From the IMG/VR virus record IMGVR_UViG_3300045988_110999: a stretch of DNA of 64,000 nucleotides; one strand, written 5' to 3'. This document shows, one piece after another, positions 51,406 through 60,657 of this stretch. The notes beneath the pieces were generated by a model that made no database searches, was not told the DNA's origin, and saw only the letters and a list, made by a program, of their open reading frames with translations. Within the stretch, counting starts at the first letter, position 1. Each line of letters begins with the position of its first letter. The stretch is from a virus. Position numbers and translations under genes: made by a program.

Positions 51406-52020
51406 ACCACGTGCCGCGGCTGGCTGGTTGAGGGCATAAACAACGCCCTGTAATTCCTGTGCGATACGGTCTTTAGCTACAGAGAGGTAATTATTCCCAT
51501 ACTGTTTACGAGCAAAATAGTCGAAGTACATAAGGAACTCTACGGTTGCCGTTGCCCCGGCCCAATTCGTAGCCAGTTGGTATACGAGATTCACAAAGGA
51601 ACCGCAGAAGGACTGGAGATTCTTAGGAGCTTTACTCGTGCCCCCTAAACACTTTGTACCATTCAGCAAAAACGGGTACATAGTAACAGAGGCGCAGTAA
51701 GGAAGAAAAGCAGCTAATGTTTCGTCATGGCAATACAGAAGATGACTTTCAATATCTTCCTCGTACTGGTCGGCTAAATCCTCTCCAAACATTTCCGTGA
51801 TTTTGTCTTTGACGATTTTACGGCTGACCTGGATGTTCTCGAACTTGTACATCTCTTCCTTGAGTGTGCCCATGTTCTTTTCGGAAACATTGGAGTTAGG
51901 GTCTACTAAGGAAGCCGAGGCGTTATTGGTGGCCCCGATATAAAAATTAATGAAATCTACCTTTTTCTGAATCTGTTCCGGTGTAAGATAGTTAAAGAAC
52001 GATTTCTTATTTGTCATCAA
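51406..52020 (-). CDS. nrdD: Anaerobic ribonucleoside-triphosphate reductase, exon 1
   Basis: 205 codons ending ...VVYALNQPAAARG at the proposed 5' splice site. The unspliced frame stops 2 codons later. Confidence 0.85.
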
Positions 52021-52280
52021 AGAGCCTCCTCAACAAAATCTTTTAATACTTCCGGAGGGATAACCCCTTCAATCCGGCTAATCTCTTTGTCGTCATCATA
52101 GACAACAACTGTAGGGTAAATGTGCAGATTGTATTTTTTCTCCATTAGGGAGGATTCTACCCTTTTATTCTCAAAATCAATCTCATTTTTATACTTTTCA
52201 GCCAGCTCTTTAAATGTGCCACTGATTCGATTGCAATGGAAGCAGTTGTCGATATAGAACTTACAGATTTTCTTACTCAT
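52017..52280 (-). CDS. Thioredoxin/glutaredoxin-like redoxin (CxxC)
   Basis: ATG at 52280. KFYIDNCFHCNRI...YPTVVVYD shows a thioredoxin fold with an active-site CFHC. It lies between nrdG and nrdD. Confidence 0.7.
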   Translation of the reverse strand: MSKKICKFYIDNCFHCNRISGTFKELAEKYKNEIDFENKRVESSLMEKKYNLHIYPTVVVYDDDKEISRIEGVIPPEVLKDFVEEAL

Positions 52281-52791
52281 CGCTATCACCCCTTTGGAAA
52301 TACTCTTTAGTCTTGTCTTCCCACGTCTGGTAAACAGGGTTAAATTCGTAGAACCGCTGATTGGTCGTCGGAGAATCAAGACCACCTTTATCTCTTTCGT
52401 ATCTGCCAGCCTTTATCCATTTAATCGGTAGCCTAGGGAGGACTCCCAAACCATCATCGCCAACATAAATACCAACCTGGAACATACACGATAGGTCCAA
52501 TAAAAGAAGTTCTAATGCAGTTCTAGATACCCCTTCATTATTCCAGCCACCCATAATGACGACGGCGTTTGCCCCAAGCTTATATTGCTCATGAACATAA
52601 TCAATCATTTCTTGGGCTGTCATATTCGGCCGGGTGTGGTTTGTATCCCAAAGCTCCGGACTGTGACATCCTTCGCAATGGCAGGTACAGTTACCTATTT
52701 CAAAAAACACAGAGATACGATTAGGTATCTCTATAAGGGTAATTCCTTTATTTACAACGGGAAATTTATCATCATATTCTAAATCAGCCAT
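52273..52791 (-). CDS. nrdG: Anaerobic RNR activating enzyme (radical SAM)
   Basis: ATG at 52791 after GGAGG. It has the Cys cluster GNCTCHCEGCHSPELW and lies adjacent to nrdD. Confidence 0.7.
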   Translation of the reverse strand: MADLEYDDKFPVVNKGITLIEIPNRISVFFEIGNCTCHCEGCHSPELWDTNHTRPNMTAQEMIDYVHEQYKLGANAVVIMGGWNNEGVSRTALELLLLDLSCMFQVGIYVGDDGLGVLPRLPIKWIKAGRYERDKGGLDSPTTNQRFYEFNPVYQTWEDKTKEYFQRGDSDE

Positions 52792-53257
52792 TGAAAAACT
52801 CCTCCATTTTCTTTTTATTTTCAACATACTTGTTACATTCTTTTCGGAAAGCTTTGTATTGTTCGATGAGTTTTTTCTTGCCTTTACGGGCCTCTTCACG
52901 AGTCCGGAAGAAGTTACTGCTTAGGCTTTGTTTAAAGCTTTGGACACTACCAAAGATAGCACTCTCTTCCGTGTGGTTAGGAAGAGGAATGTACCAATAT
53001 CGTTCCCCGACCCGAGGTTTGAATGTTTCCTTCTTCGCTTCCGGTTCGGTATCTTTGTCGATATAATATTCGCCATCCAGCAGTTTCAACAGTACATTTT
53101 TAGAGACATCGTTATTAGAGGCATTTCGCAGACCCTTATCAGGGTCGAAAAAGAAGAATCCCACGAGGTCGTTTCCGTTATTAAAATGACGGACAGCAAA
53201 CGGTTTATTGAATTCCATATCGAAAATTCGTGCAATATCAGGAGCATACAACATCAT
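52784..53257 (-). CDS. Hypothetical protein
   Basis: 157-aa ORF in operon context. Confidence 0.55.
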   Translation of the reverse strand: MMLYAPDIARIFDMEFNKPFAVRHFNNGNDLVGFFFFDPDKGLRNASNNDVSKNVLLKLLDGEYYIDKDTEPEAKKETFKPRVGERYWYIPLPNHTEESAIFGSVQSFKQSLSSNFFRTREEARKGKKKLIEQYKAFRKECNKYVENKKKMEEFFNG

Positions 53258-53264
53258 ATATTAT

Positions 53265-53534
53265 CTAGTCCTTTCTGGGGTCTATTTTCTTCCCTTCACA
53301 ATGGTCTACGAGCCATTCGGCATACCGAAGAATCTTTTTGGCATCCTTGATAGGCTCATCTTTCTTACCGAACCGGGTTGCATATTTAATGATATTGAAC
53401 AGGATACCCCCGGTGAACTCTTCGGCATCGAACTGCGCCTGCATAAGCTCGATAGGCTGAATATCACCCTCATAATGTTCCCCGTACCATTCCGGCTTCG
53501 GAGTTCCTTCTGCTAAATCAACCTGTCGTTTCAT
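53265..53534 (-). CDS. DUF3310-family phage protein
   Basis: ATG at 53534 after AAGGAGGAAG. EHYEGDIQPIELM...GGILFNIIKYATRFGKKDEPIKDAKKILRYAEWL matches the DUF3310 signature. Confidence 0.7.
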   Translation of the reverse strand: MKRQVDLAEGTPKPEWYGEHYEGDIQPIELMQAQFDAEEFTGGILFNIIKYATRFGKKDEPIKDAKKILRYAEWLVDHCEGKKIDPRKD

Positions 53535-53761
53535 TCTTCCTCCTTGTTGTGCTTGTAATAGAAGCACTTGTCTTTCCGACTCCATCTCCAATTAACGCCG
53601 AACAGCTTGGCAATCAAAGCAGCTGAGAGCAACCCCAAAATGCTGAGTACAGCTAAAGCAATGGTCGGGGTAAAGATAACCGGCCAGCTCCAAACAAGAA
53701 TCCCTACAGCCTTCAGGATAATGAACACAATCTGTACCGTTAAGATAGCGGTAGTTACCAT
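53531..53761 (-). CDS. Small two-TM membrane protein
   Basis: 76 aa containing TAILTVQIVFIILKAVGILVWSWPVIF and ALAVLSILGLLSAALIA. Confidence 0.55.
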   Translation of the reverse strand: MVTTAILTVQIVFIILKAVGILVWSWPVIFTPTIALAVLSILGLLSAALIAKLFGVNWRWSRKDKCFYYKHNKEEE

Positions 53762-53768
53762 GTTTTAA

Positions 53769-53870
53769 TCACTTCTTTCTGTTAGCTATTTCTATAACGA
53801 GGTCGCATATCATAACACCAACCCACATTCCGACTAATACGCCTGTGACATATTCTTCTAAGGTAAACAT
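53769..53870 (-). CDS. Small (33 aa) single-TM protein
   Basis: ATG at 53870 after AAAGGAG. The translation is MFTLEEYVTGVLVGMWVGVMICDLVIEIANRKK. The longer ORF-track version overlaps the upstream gene. Confidence 0.45.
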   Translation of the reverse strand: MFTLEEYVTGVLVGMWVGVMICDLVIEIANRKK

Positions 53871-53883
53871 ATCCCTACTCCTT

Positions 53884-54120
53884 TTAGATAGCTTCGTTAA
53901 GAGGGGTTTGCCATTCCGGAATGATTTCCCAATCATCAGCGGCACAGTTAGAAAGGGTGTAGAGAATATCCTTTGTATTACGAATATCTTGTTCCTTGCC
54001 GTCGTGCATACGCATGACAACAGTCTTTTTATCCTTATCGTAATACCAGTAACCAGTCCAATGGTGACGTTTAACTTTATGTCCTCTCATAAGAGCAAAT
54101 ACAGCACATGCAAAACTCAT
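53884..54120 (-). CDS. DUF2829 (Tad2-like) small protein
   Basis: MSFACAVFALMRGHKVKRHHWTGYWYYDKDKK...LSNCAADDWEII has the DUF2829 layout (AxxAxxxGxKVxRxxW ... DWEI). Confidence 0.6.
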   Translation of the reverse strand: MSFACAVFALMRGHKVKRHHWTGYWYYDKDKKTVVMRMHDGKEQDIRNTKDILYTLSNCAADDWEIIPEWQTPLNEAI

Positions 54121-54123
54121 AAT

Positions 54124-54234
54124 TTATTTCCCCTGACTATTAGAAGTTTTTACTTTTACAGCGGCATCTGAAATTTTATCAACGAGCTCTGTCTGATATG
54201 CTTCGATAATAACTGGCTTCTTTTTATACTTCAT
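54124..54234 (-). CDS. Small (36 aa) ORF homologous to the N-terminus of 20017-20469
   Basis: MKYKKKPVIIEAYQTELVDK... compared with [19 protein letters not shown]... of the fused protein. It sits directly upstream of the free-standing DUF2829 gene. Confidence 0.4.
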   Translation of the reverse strand: MKYKKKPVIIEAYQTELVDKISDAAVKVKTSNSQGK

Positions 54235-54263
54235 AATATATTCACCCCTATTTATGTACGACT

Positions 54264-54710
54264 TTATTTACCTGTACTGCCAATGCCTCCGACTCGTTCA
54301 CCTTCAGCGCAATCATCGTCGCAAGTCAAATACTTCATAAAAATACCTTGAGCGATACGGTCTCCCTTCTTAATAGATACCGGTTTATCACTGGTGTTGT
54401 ATAAGCCAACCATAATATGGCCTTCATTATCAGGATTGTTATAGTAATCACTGTCAATAATCCCTGTGTTGTTGGCCAGCATAAGACCATCCTTGAAAGC
54501 CAAACTAGAACGGATAAAAATAGACAGATATTCGTCATCCATCATATAAGCATTGAGTCCCGTAGTAACAGCCCTCACTTCGTGAGGCCAAACAGTAGCG
54601 TCCTCAGCGGCCTCTAAATCATACCCCGAACTGCCAGAGGTCTTACGTTCTGGGATATGGATGCCTTTACCTATATAAGCCGAAACTACTTCAAATCCTC
54701 TCTTTCTCAT
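54264..54710 (-). CDS. dut: dUTP diphosphatase (trimeric dUTPase)
   Basis: Motifs GSSGYDL, NNTGIIDSDY, GDRIAQ and RVGGIGSTG. Confidence 0.9.
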   Translation of the reverse strand: MRKRGFEVVSAYIGKGIHIPERKTSGSSGYDLEAAEDATVWPHEVRAVTTGLNAYMMDDEYLSIFIRSSLAFKDGLMLANNTGIIDSDYYNNPDNEGHIMVGLYNTSDKPVSIKKGDRIAQGIFMKYLTCDDDCAEGERVGGIGSTGK

Positions 54711-54715
54711 ATTGC

Positions 54716-55180
54716 TTAGGTCCTCCCTACGATTCTGTCGTTACCAACCGGGGGCCGTTCCTTCCGGTAGCAATTCTCGACAATCATCTTCGCATCAAAA
54801 TATACCCGGCTCAAGAATCTGGCGTTGGCCTCTACGTATTTCTGCCTCGTGACGCTTTCTACGTAGTCCTGCCATGCCTTGATTACCTCTTCATTGGAAG
54901 CCGCTCTCCTTGCCCCATCCGTAGGCTTATTGGAAAGTTCGAGGCTCTTCCTCGCTTCCGTTGCCTTTGCATTACGTTCGAGCAATGCTGACATTTTATA
55001 GGCGTCTGCGGCTAGCGTGTCATAACTGGCCAAGAGAGAGGAGGAATCTCTCATCAGAGAGAAAGCCTCCAGCACATCGGTATCGTTCAAATCTTCATAC
55101 CGTAGCCTCACCTCGTCGAACATGGTCAGTATTTCATCATAAGTTGTTGATGATATCGACCCCATGGAAAGCATCTCCAA
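54716..55180 (-). CDS. Hypothetical protein
   Basis: 154-aa helical ORF. The exact start is uncertain (several Met codons). Confidence 0.55.
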   Translation of the reverse strand: MEMLSMGSISSTTYDEILTMFDEVRLRYEDLNDTDVLEAFSLMRDSSSLLASYDTLAADAYKMSALLERNAKATEARKSLELSNKPTDGARRAASNEEVIKAWQDYVESVTRQKYVEANARFLSRVYFDAKMIVENCYRKERPPVGNDRIVGRT

Positions 55181-55382
55181 TCCGGCTAAGGACTTCCTGT
55201 GCGTCTTTCAAGCTATCTTCCCCGATGAAGGTTCTCAGGACTGCCGGGCGGGGGCTTGTTTCACAGGAACCTAAGATACGGTAGCCGTCAATCAGGTTCT
55301 TGTCTTCCTTGTTCTTGATTTCAGAAATGAAGATGGATTTGGCATCAATCAAAACTTTGCCATTTTCACTAAGTACGATCAT
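55137..55382 (-). CDS. Hypothetical protein
   Basis: ATG at 55382, 7 nt after GGAGGG. 81 aa. Confidence 0.5.
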   Translation of the reverse strand: MIVLSENGKVLIDAKSIFISEIKNKEDKNLIDGYRILGSCETSPRPAVLRTFIGEDSLKDAQEVLSRIGDAFHGVDIINNL

Positions 55383-55383
55383 G

Positions 55384-56028
55384 TTATTTCCCTCCAAATA
55401 ATTTGTATGTATCTTCTTTCAAAAAGAATAATGGTTCATGGTAAGGTCTTGTTACGACTACCATATCCGAGTTATCTTGGTCAAAATACTTATGAAGTAA
55501 TTTGAACCTACTATCTGGAATATCATGGACTTCCCCGTCGAGAAGCCCATTTACCAGATATCCAAAAAGGTCTTTCCGAAGTCCGTAGCAGAATCCTTCG
55601 ATATGAACAATCCCGGTGTCCAACAGGTTGTACCAGCGGTCACTCCTTATGTTCCTTTTACACTCTACGATAAGCTCTTTTCCTTTGAACTGAATCCGAA
55701 TATCACCGGACACGTGGTCTTTGAGCTGAGGAATCAAATGGGCTGCTTTTAATGCCCCCGACATCGGGGTTCTTTGAGCATCCAGCCCCATATCCTTCAA
55801 GAGGTTCTCAATGTCTCGTTCTGCTTTTCTTCCATTCCTTCGGTTTGCCTTACCTCTCTTTGAGGCGTTGCTTAATTTCTTGACCTTTCTTTCCTTTTTC
55901 TTCTCCTCTTTCTTGGCTAACTGTCTGGGAGATTTAATGGACCGGTCGACCGGGACGTACTCGTCGTAATCCCGGCACCAGTCACAATCATACCTTCGGA
56001 GGCAGTTATCCCTTACTTCACATTTCAT
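55384..56028 (-). CDS. PD-(D/E)XK nuclease, Holliday-junction-resolvase-like, with an N-terminal Cys cluster and a basic linker
   Basis: GRKAERDIENLLKDMG...SGDIRI...LIVECKRN gives an E...D...ExK arrangement. The N-terminus is CEVRDNCLRRYDCDWC. Confidence 0.55.
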   Translation of the reverse strand: MKCEVRDNCLRRYDCDWCRDYDEYVPVDRSIKSPRQLAKKEEKKKERKVKKLSNASKRGKANRRNGRKAERDIENLLKDMGLDAQRTPMSGALKAAHLIPQLKDHVSGDIRIQFKGKELIVECKRNIRSDRWYNLLDTGIVHIEGFCYGLRKDLFGYLVNGLLDGEVHDIPDSRFKLLHKYFDQDNSDMVVVTRPYHEPLFFLKEDTYKLFGGK

Positions 56029-56434
56029 CTTTAAATGATACTTCGTCTTTAAGGGCTTTTGCGATGAGTTTTGCCAGTTCTTCAATCTCTTCGTCCTCAT
56101 CGTCGTCTTCCTTGTCATCAGACACCTGTTTTACTTCGATACCGAGGTCTTTCAATGTTTCCCGAAGTTCTTCCGGTACTTCATCTTCGCAATCAGGCTC
56201 TTTGAGCTTCGGCACGTTATCTGCCAGAACATCAATCAAATCAATGGCATCAACATTAATGAGCTGTGCCAAACTAGAAATGATAGCGAGGCCAATCAGA
56301 GAACGGTCGTTTACCGAACCTTTGATAGAGCAGGCTACCTGACCGCCGCCGATTTTCTTCATCGACAACGATACTTCAAGACCTTCCGTAATAGCTTTTT
56401 CAAATTTCCCAAAAGCGGCTTCAAAATTTTCCAT
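56018..56434 (-). CDS. Acidic hypothetical protein
   Basis: ATG at 56434, 8 nt after GGAGG. The C-terminus is DDKEDDDEDEEIEE. Confidence 0.55.
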   Translation of the reverse strand: MENFEAAFGKFEKAITEGLEVSLSMKKIGGGQVACSIKGSVNDRSLIGLAIISSLAQLINVDAIDLIDVLADNVPKLKEPDCEDEVPEELRETLKDLGIEVKQVSDDKEDDDEDEEIEELAKLIAKALKDEVSFKDEM

Positions 56435-56460
56435 ATTATTTACCTCCGTTAATACATAAC

Positions 56461-57345
56461 CTACTTGCAAGTATAAGCATCACACCATTTATTTACTGGG
56501 CAGAATTTTTCGCATTTATTACCTCCCCAACACTCATGGCTTTTACATGGTGGAGGAACCGTTTTGCTGTCCAGAGCTTTTACCAAAGACTCCGACTTCT
56601 TTTTCATATATCTCTCCATCCACCAATCTGAAATCTTGCCTACCTCTATAAGATATGCTCTTTCTGTTACCCCTCGGCTCGTTGCCATATATGTACCGCC
56701 ATCCCTGACGATCATCTCACATACCATATGACTTACCGGGAGCTTTAAGCATTTCTCAATCTTCATCCGGTAATCATTCATTTGAACCGCTAAATCAAAG
56801 TCCAAACGAGCATTGCCTTGGGTATATACGGTTTTATATCTGGGCTTACCATTCTTGTAATGCCCGACTAAAACCTTGTGCGATTTAATTCCAAGATATT
56901 TCCCGACTACGTAGGATGAGTACGTTTTATAATCGAACAGCGTCCCCCCATTTTCTGGAGAGTAGAAGTCGAAGGCTCCTGTGGAAACCCCGTCATCTAA
57001 TCTCTGTTCTCCCAAGTCATCATCATCCATGCCATGTTCTAGGTTGGCGTGGGTTTGGGTGCCAAGGAGAGCGAACATCATGCTCTTAGGGTCTATGGCG
57101 TAATTATGGGTCAGCATTAGATACGCCTCCCGGGTCCCTCGAAGACATTGTGTTGTAGAAGGTTTTCCCGTCCATTCCCTTTGTTCAGCTATCTTCCGTA
57201 ACGTAGGGGCTGACAAGCATCTGCCACACGGTACATAGGGCATCCCAGTCACGGGATTCATCTTCCCGACTAGCCTACACTGCTTCAGGCAATCTTCAAT
57301 TTTGATAACGCCCCCATCGGGGCATTTGTAAGAATCGTAGGGCAT
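56461..57345 (-). CDS. Cas4/RecB-like PD-(D/E)XK exonuclease with Fe-S-type cysteines
   Basis: LFDYKT (DxK), VCEMIVRD, N-terminal cysteines and a C-terminal cluster CKSHECWGGNKCEKFCPVNKWC. Confidence 0.6.
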   Translation of the reverse strand: MPYDSYKCPDGGVIKIEDCLKQCRLVGKMNPVTGMPYVPCGRCLSAPTLRKIAEQREWTGKPSTTQCLRGTREAYLMLTHNYAIDPKSMMFALLGTQTHANLEHGMDDDDLGEQRLDDGVSTGAFDFYSPENGGTLFDYKTYSSYVVGKYLGIKSHKVLVGHYKNGKPRYKTVYTQGNARLDFDLAVQMNDYRMKIEKCLKLPVSHMVCEMIVRDGGTYMATSRGVTERAYLIEVGKISDWWMERYMKKKSESLVKALDSKTVPPPCKSHECWGGNKCEKFCPVNKWCDAYTCK

Positions 57346-57456
57346 TTTATCTCTCCTTTGTTTTTTATTACTTTAAGTGAGTATTGTAAGATAAAATTTT
57401 TGGGAGCCTCCTCGGAGCTGTTGTTCGGAAACTCCCTTGCCTCACCTTACGTATTT

Positions 57457-57485
57457 ATTATAACTCTAAGTAAGTATTTTGTCAA
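57457..57485 (-). promoter_or_regulatory. Consensus sigma70 promoter with the ATACT(T/C)ACTT spacer; a second, weaker copy lies at about 57362-57389
   Basis: The minus strand reads TTGACA-aaatacttacttagagt(17)-TATAAT. Downstream there is TTACAA-tactcacttaaagtaa-TAAAAA. Confidence 0.7.
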
Positions 57486-57488
57486 GTG

Positions 57489-59468
57489 CTACTCCAGATA
57501 TTTCTCTTCCAAACGGGACGTAGACTTATTGTAGTAATACTCAGATACCGGATTCCCGTACATGCCGTCACGGGTTTTGTCAATCTTGATACGGGTTACG
57601 TTCTCTAACTGGTCTTTCTCTTCAAGGGATAAGTTGGGGTCTTTCCCCGGTCTCCATAAGAGCATGATAACATCTGCCGAAGCTTCTAAGTCGCCAGTCA
57701 GTTTTAACTGTTGCATGTTCGGTTCGCCATAAGGATTACCACCTCGGTTCAGCTGGCTCAACATAACAAAGATGAGGTCGTTCTCCTTAGCTACGGCTTT
57801 CATCTTTGTAGCCGCCGCAGAAGCCCCCTCGAACTCAGAAGTTCCTTTCATATACCCGAAGTAGTCGACGAACACCATGTCAACAGGGCCACCCAAGACA
57901 TTCTTCGTGTTGACAAGTTCTATACGCTTTTGGATATCCCCCATGGAGTAATCATTACCATCGAATACGACAAGGCGGTTCTGGAGTTTCGTAATGACCT
58001 TCTGTACGGCTATATCATTGCTGGCGATGTATCCCTCTACTTCCGGAGTAGAACATTTGATGAGTTTCGCCAAACAACGTTCGATGAGCTTCCCTTTCGG
58101 CATCTCTAAGGAGAAAAACGCTACCCTCATATTATCCTGACAAATGGCCCGTAGCATATACTCAATAGCGAAATCGGTTTTGCCAACCCCACTATAAGCC
58201 CCTATGACGACAACCTGTTTCTTCTCTATTTTGCGGATACAGTTGTCAATCTGCTGGAAGTGTGTCTTGTATCCCCCGATAGAGTAAATCTTCCGGAGGT
58301 CATTGATACAGCCAGTAATGTCAGAGGCCTCACTCAGGATGTCGTTGCTGTCTTCCCCTACTGTATTGAAATACTTCTTGAGGTCTTCTACATCCTTGTT
58401 CCAGCGTTCTGCGAGATACTTAATGATATCGAGGCGAATCATCTCCGACTTGACAGTCTTCAAATATTCCTCAGCCCTCTGATATTCTTCCTCAATGGTC
58501 TTACAAGCCCCGATAATGAGTCGTGCGACATATTTGTCGATGTGCTCTGTAGGAAGCGTCTGAGCGTCGATACCGGCCAATAACAGGTCGTTCATATCCT
58601 TGTAGCCGTCAGGCATAAGGACGACTCGTACCTGACGGGAAGGAGAAATAGCTTTGAAGTAATCACGGACCCTCGGAATCCGTTTCTTACCAGCTTCATC
58701 ATTGTCCGGGCAGATGACAACCGTCGTATCCCTGCGGAGGTAACTGTTCAGCATCCGGATCTGGTCACGGTGAAGCTCATTGGAGCAATAGGCTACCGTA
58801 GGAATACCCATCTGATAGCCGCTGATTGCGTCCATATAGCCTTCTACGACGTAGACGGCATTCTTTATAAGGCGACGTGCCTTATCGAGGCCAAAGAGGA
58901 ACTCAGACTTATCATAGAGGATATTGTTACGGCTGTTCATGTACTTCGGCTTGGCGTCGAACTGCCGTACTGCCATGCCTACCGTCCGACCATTGGCATC
59001 CAGCAACGGGATTGTCATTTTACCGTCCCACATACCCAGCTCGAACGTCTGGATGGTTCCCTCGGTGAGCCCTCTCTTCTCCGTCAAATACTGCTTTACA
59101 TTATCTACCCCAGCCAATCCTCTCTTCTTATAACCGTTGAATTTATCCTCCAACCGTTTCTGGTCCTGGTACTCGGCGTCGTCTTTAAGGTTGATATTCA
59201 GCATGGAGGCAAGACGTTCTGTGGCGGCACTGTAACTGATATGCTCGTAATCAGAAAGGAAGTTGATGACATTCCCTCCCGAGTTGCAGGCGAAGCAGTA
59301 GTAACCGCCACGGTCGTCAACGTACATAGCCTCTGGATTGACAGAGTTCTCATGGATGGGGCATTTACAACGCCAGCCATTCCCTTTGCGTACAAGTTCC
59401 ACATGAGCGTAATCTTTAATGAACTGTGGTAAATCTATTTTCTGGATGATGATATTTTGAATGTCCAT
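57489..59468 (-). CDS. Bifunctional DNA primase-helicase (CHC2 zinc finger, Toprim, DnaB-like P-loop)
   Basis: CKCPIHENSVNPEAMYVDDRGGYYCFACNSGGN (zinc finger), VYVVEGYMDAIS (Toprim), VIGAYSGVGKTDFA (Walker A), MVFVDYFGY (Walker B). Confidence 0.85.
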   Translation of the reverse strand: MDIQNIIIQKIDLPQFIKDYAHVELVRKGNGWRCKCPIHENSVNPEAMYVDDRGGYYCFACNSGGNVINFLSDYEHISYSAATERLASMLNINLKDDAEYQDQKRLEDKFNGYKKRGLAGVDNVKQYLTEKRGLTEGTIQTFELGMWDGKMTIPLLDANGRTVGMAVRQFDAKPKYMNSRNNILYDKSEFLFGLDKARRLIKNAVYVVEGYMDAISGYQMGIPTVAYCSNELHRDQIRMLNSYLRRDTTVVICPDNDEAGKKRIPRVRDYFKAISPSRQVRVVLMPDGYKDMNDLLLAGIDAQTLPTEHIDKYVARLIIGACKTIEEEYQRAEEYLKTVKSEMIRLDIIKYLAERWNKDVEDLKKYFNTVGEDSNDILSEASDITGCINDLRKIYSIGGYKTHFQQIDNCIRKIEKKQVVVIGAYSGVGKTDFAIEYMLRAICQDNMRVAFFSLEMPKGKLIERCLAKLIKCSTPEVEGYIASNDIAVQKVITKLQNRLVVFDGNDYSMGDIQKRIELVNTKNVLGGPVDMVFVDYFGYMKGTSEFEGASAAATKMKAVAKENDLIFVMLSQLNRGGNPYGEPNMQQLKLTGDLEASADVIMLLWRPGKDPNLSLEEKDQLENVTRIKIDKTRDGMYGNPVSEYYYNKSTSRLEEKYLE

Positions 59469-59484
59469 GTGTGCCTCCTGAATA

Positions 59485-59697
59485 TCAGTCTCTCAACCCC
59501 GGGAACTGGATGATGTTGTCATTCTTCTTTTCCAGTAAATCTAACAAGCTATCCTTCCGTTTCCGGATGAGCCCCTTGAGGATGACGAGTTCACCCTTCT
59601 CAGCTCCAGCATCTTCCCGTTCAAAGTATTTATCGACTTGCATCAATAACATGACCAATCCTTTGAAAATCTTATCCTGTCTTTCCTGTTCTGTCAT
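59485..59697 (-). CDS. Hypothetical protein
   Basis: 70-aa ORF in operon context. Confidence 0.5.
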   Translation of the reverse strand: MTEQERQDKIFKGLVMLLMQVDKYFEREDAGAEKGELVILKGLIRKRKDSLLDLLEKKNDNIIQFPGLRD

Positions 59698-59701
59698 AAT
59701 A

Positions 59702-60010
59702 TTACCCCCTTAATTTCATCAGCATGTCGATGGAGTAAGCCACCTCGTCAGTCAGCTTGGGACGAGGCTGTTCCTTGTAGTAATCGAAAGCTCTCCACGA
59801 GGAAGCTTTATGATACAGTTCCCGTAGAGGCGTCCCTAGAGGCATCACATGGGTCTGTAGATAGTTTATCATATTCGTGATGTCCCCGTCAGGACTCTTG
59901 TCGAAAGCTTCCATCACATTCTCGTAGTTCTGGTATCCCCAACATTCTTTCCCAACCGTCTGGTCGAGGTAGAGTTGAGCTAACCGGCCCTGTTCAGTGT
60001 CTCTGTTCAT
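59702..60010 (-). CDS. Hypothetical protein
   Basis: 102-aa ORF with SD GGAGG. First gene after the ori-like gap. Confidence 0.55.
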   Translation of the reverse strand: MNRDTEQGRLAQLYLDQTVGKECWGYQNYENVMEAFDKSPDGDITNMINYLQTHVMPLGTPLRELYHKASSWRAFDYYKEQPRPKLTDEVAYSIDMLMKLRG

Positions 60011-60028
60011 TTACTACCTCCTATATTA

Positions 60029-60450
60029 ATTACTTGGTATGATTCATTCACGGGCGGTAGAACGAACCATACCAACTCATCTAATGATGAGTAAAACATT
60101 AACCGGAAGAAAATGAGGAGATTAAAAACATTCATTTAATTAATATCTATCCCCCGCCCGTGGTTGGGGATACATCTTCTTTAACTAATCTTTTAACCGG
60201 TTAAGAATTTCTCTATTCAACATCTAACATATACAAGATATTACTTGGTATGGTTCATTCTTCTGTGAGGAACGAATCATTCCAACTAATATATTTAATT
60301 AATTAAGATAACTCATTCGCCTGTGGTGAACGAGCTATTATAAGATTGTAATTCTAGAGTTAAGATGAAACTTTAGAATTTCAATTAATTGATTAACTAG
60401 TATGTAATACTAGAGAGATGAGAGAACGAAAGTGAACGAATCTCTTAAAC
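60029..60450. repeat. Origin-like region: two ~50-bp imperfect palindromic units, extra GAACGA boxes, AT-rich tracts and small palindromes
   Basis: Unit 1 arms are 60034-60048 and 60059-60073. Unit 2 arms are 60245-60259 and 60269-60283 (TGGTATGrTTCATTC ... GAACGAAyCATwCCA). GAACGA boxes occur at 60327, 60423 and 60433. TTAACCGGTTAA is at 60192-60203, and TATCCCC/GGGGATA at 60146-60171. Confidence 0.5.
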
Positions 60451-60657
60451 TAAAAGATTAATATGGCTCCCCCGCTCTATCTTTGGTTATACACAATATT
60501 CTGAGTCGGGAGAGCTTTACCATCTCGTATACTAAAGACACTATAAACACTAATAGTGGGTAACTACTCCCTACACACCAATCACTTTTCGTTCCATCCT
60601 GTAGGAATTATGTTCTCTTGCATAAATTTACTTGGCCTAGACTATAATATTGGGGAG

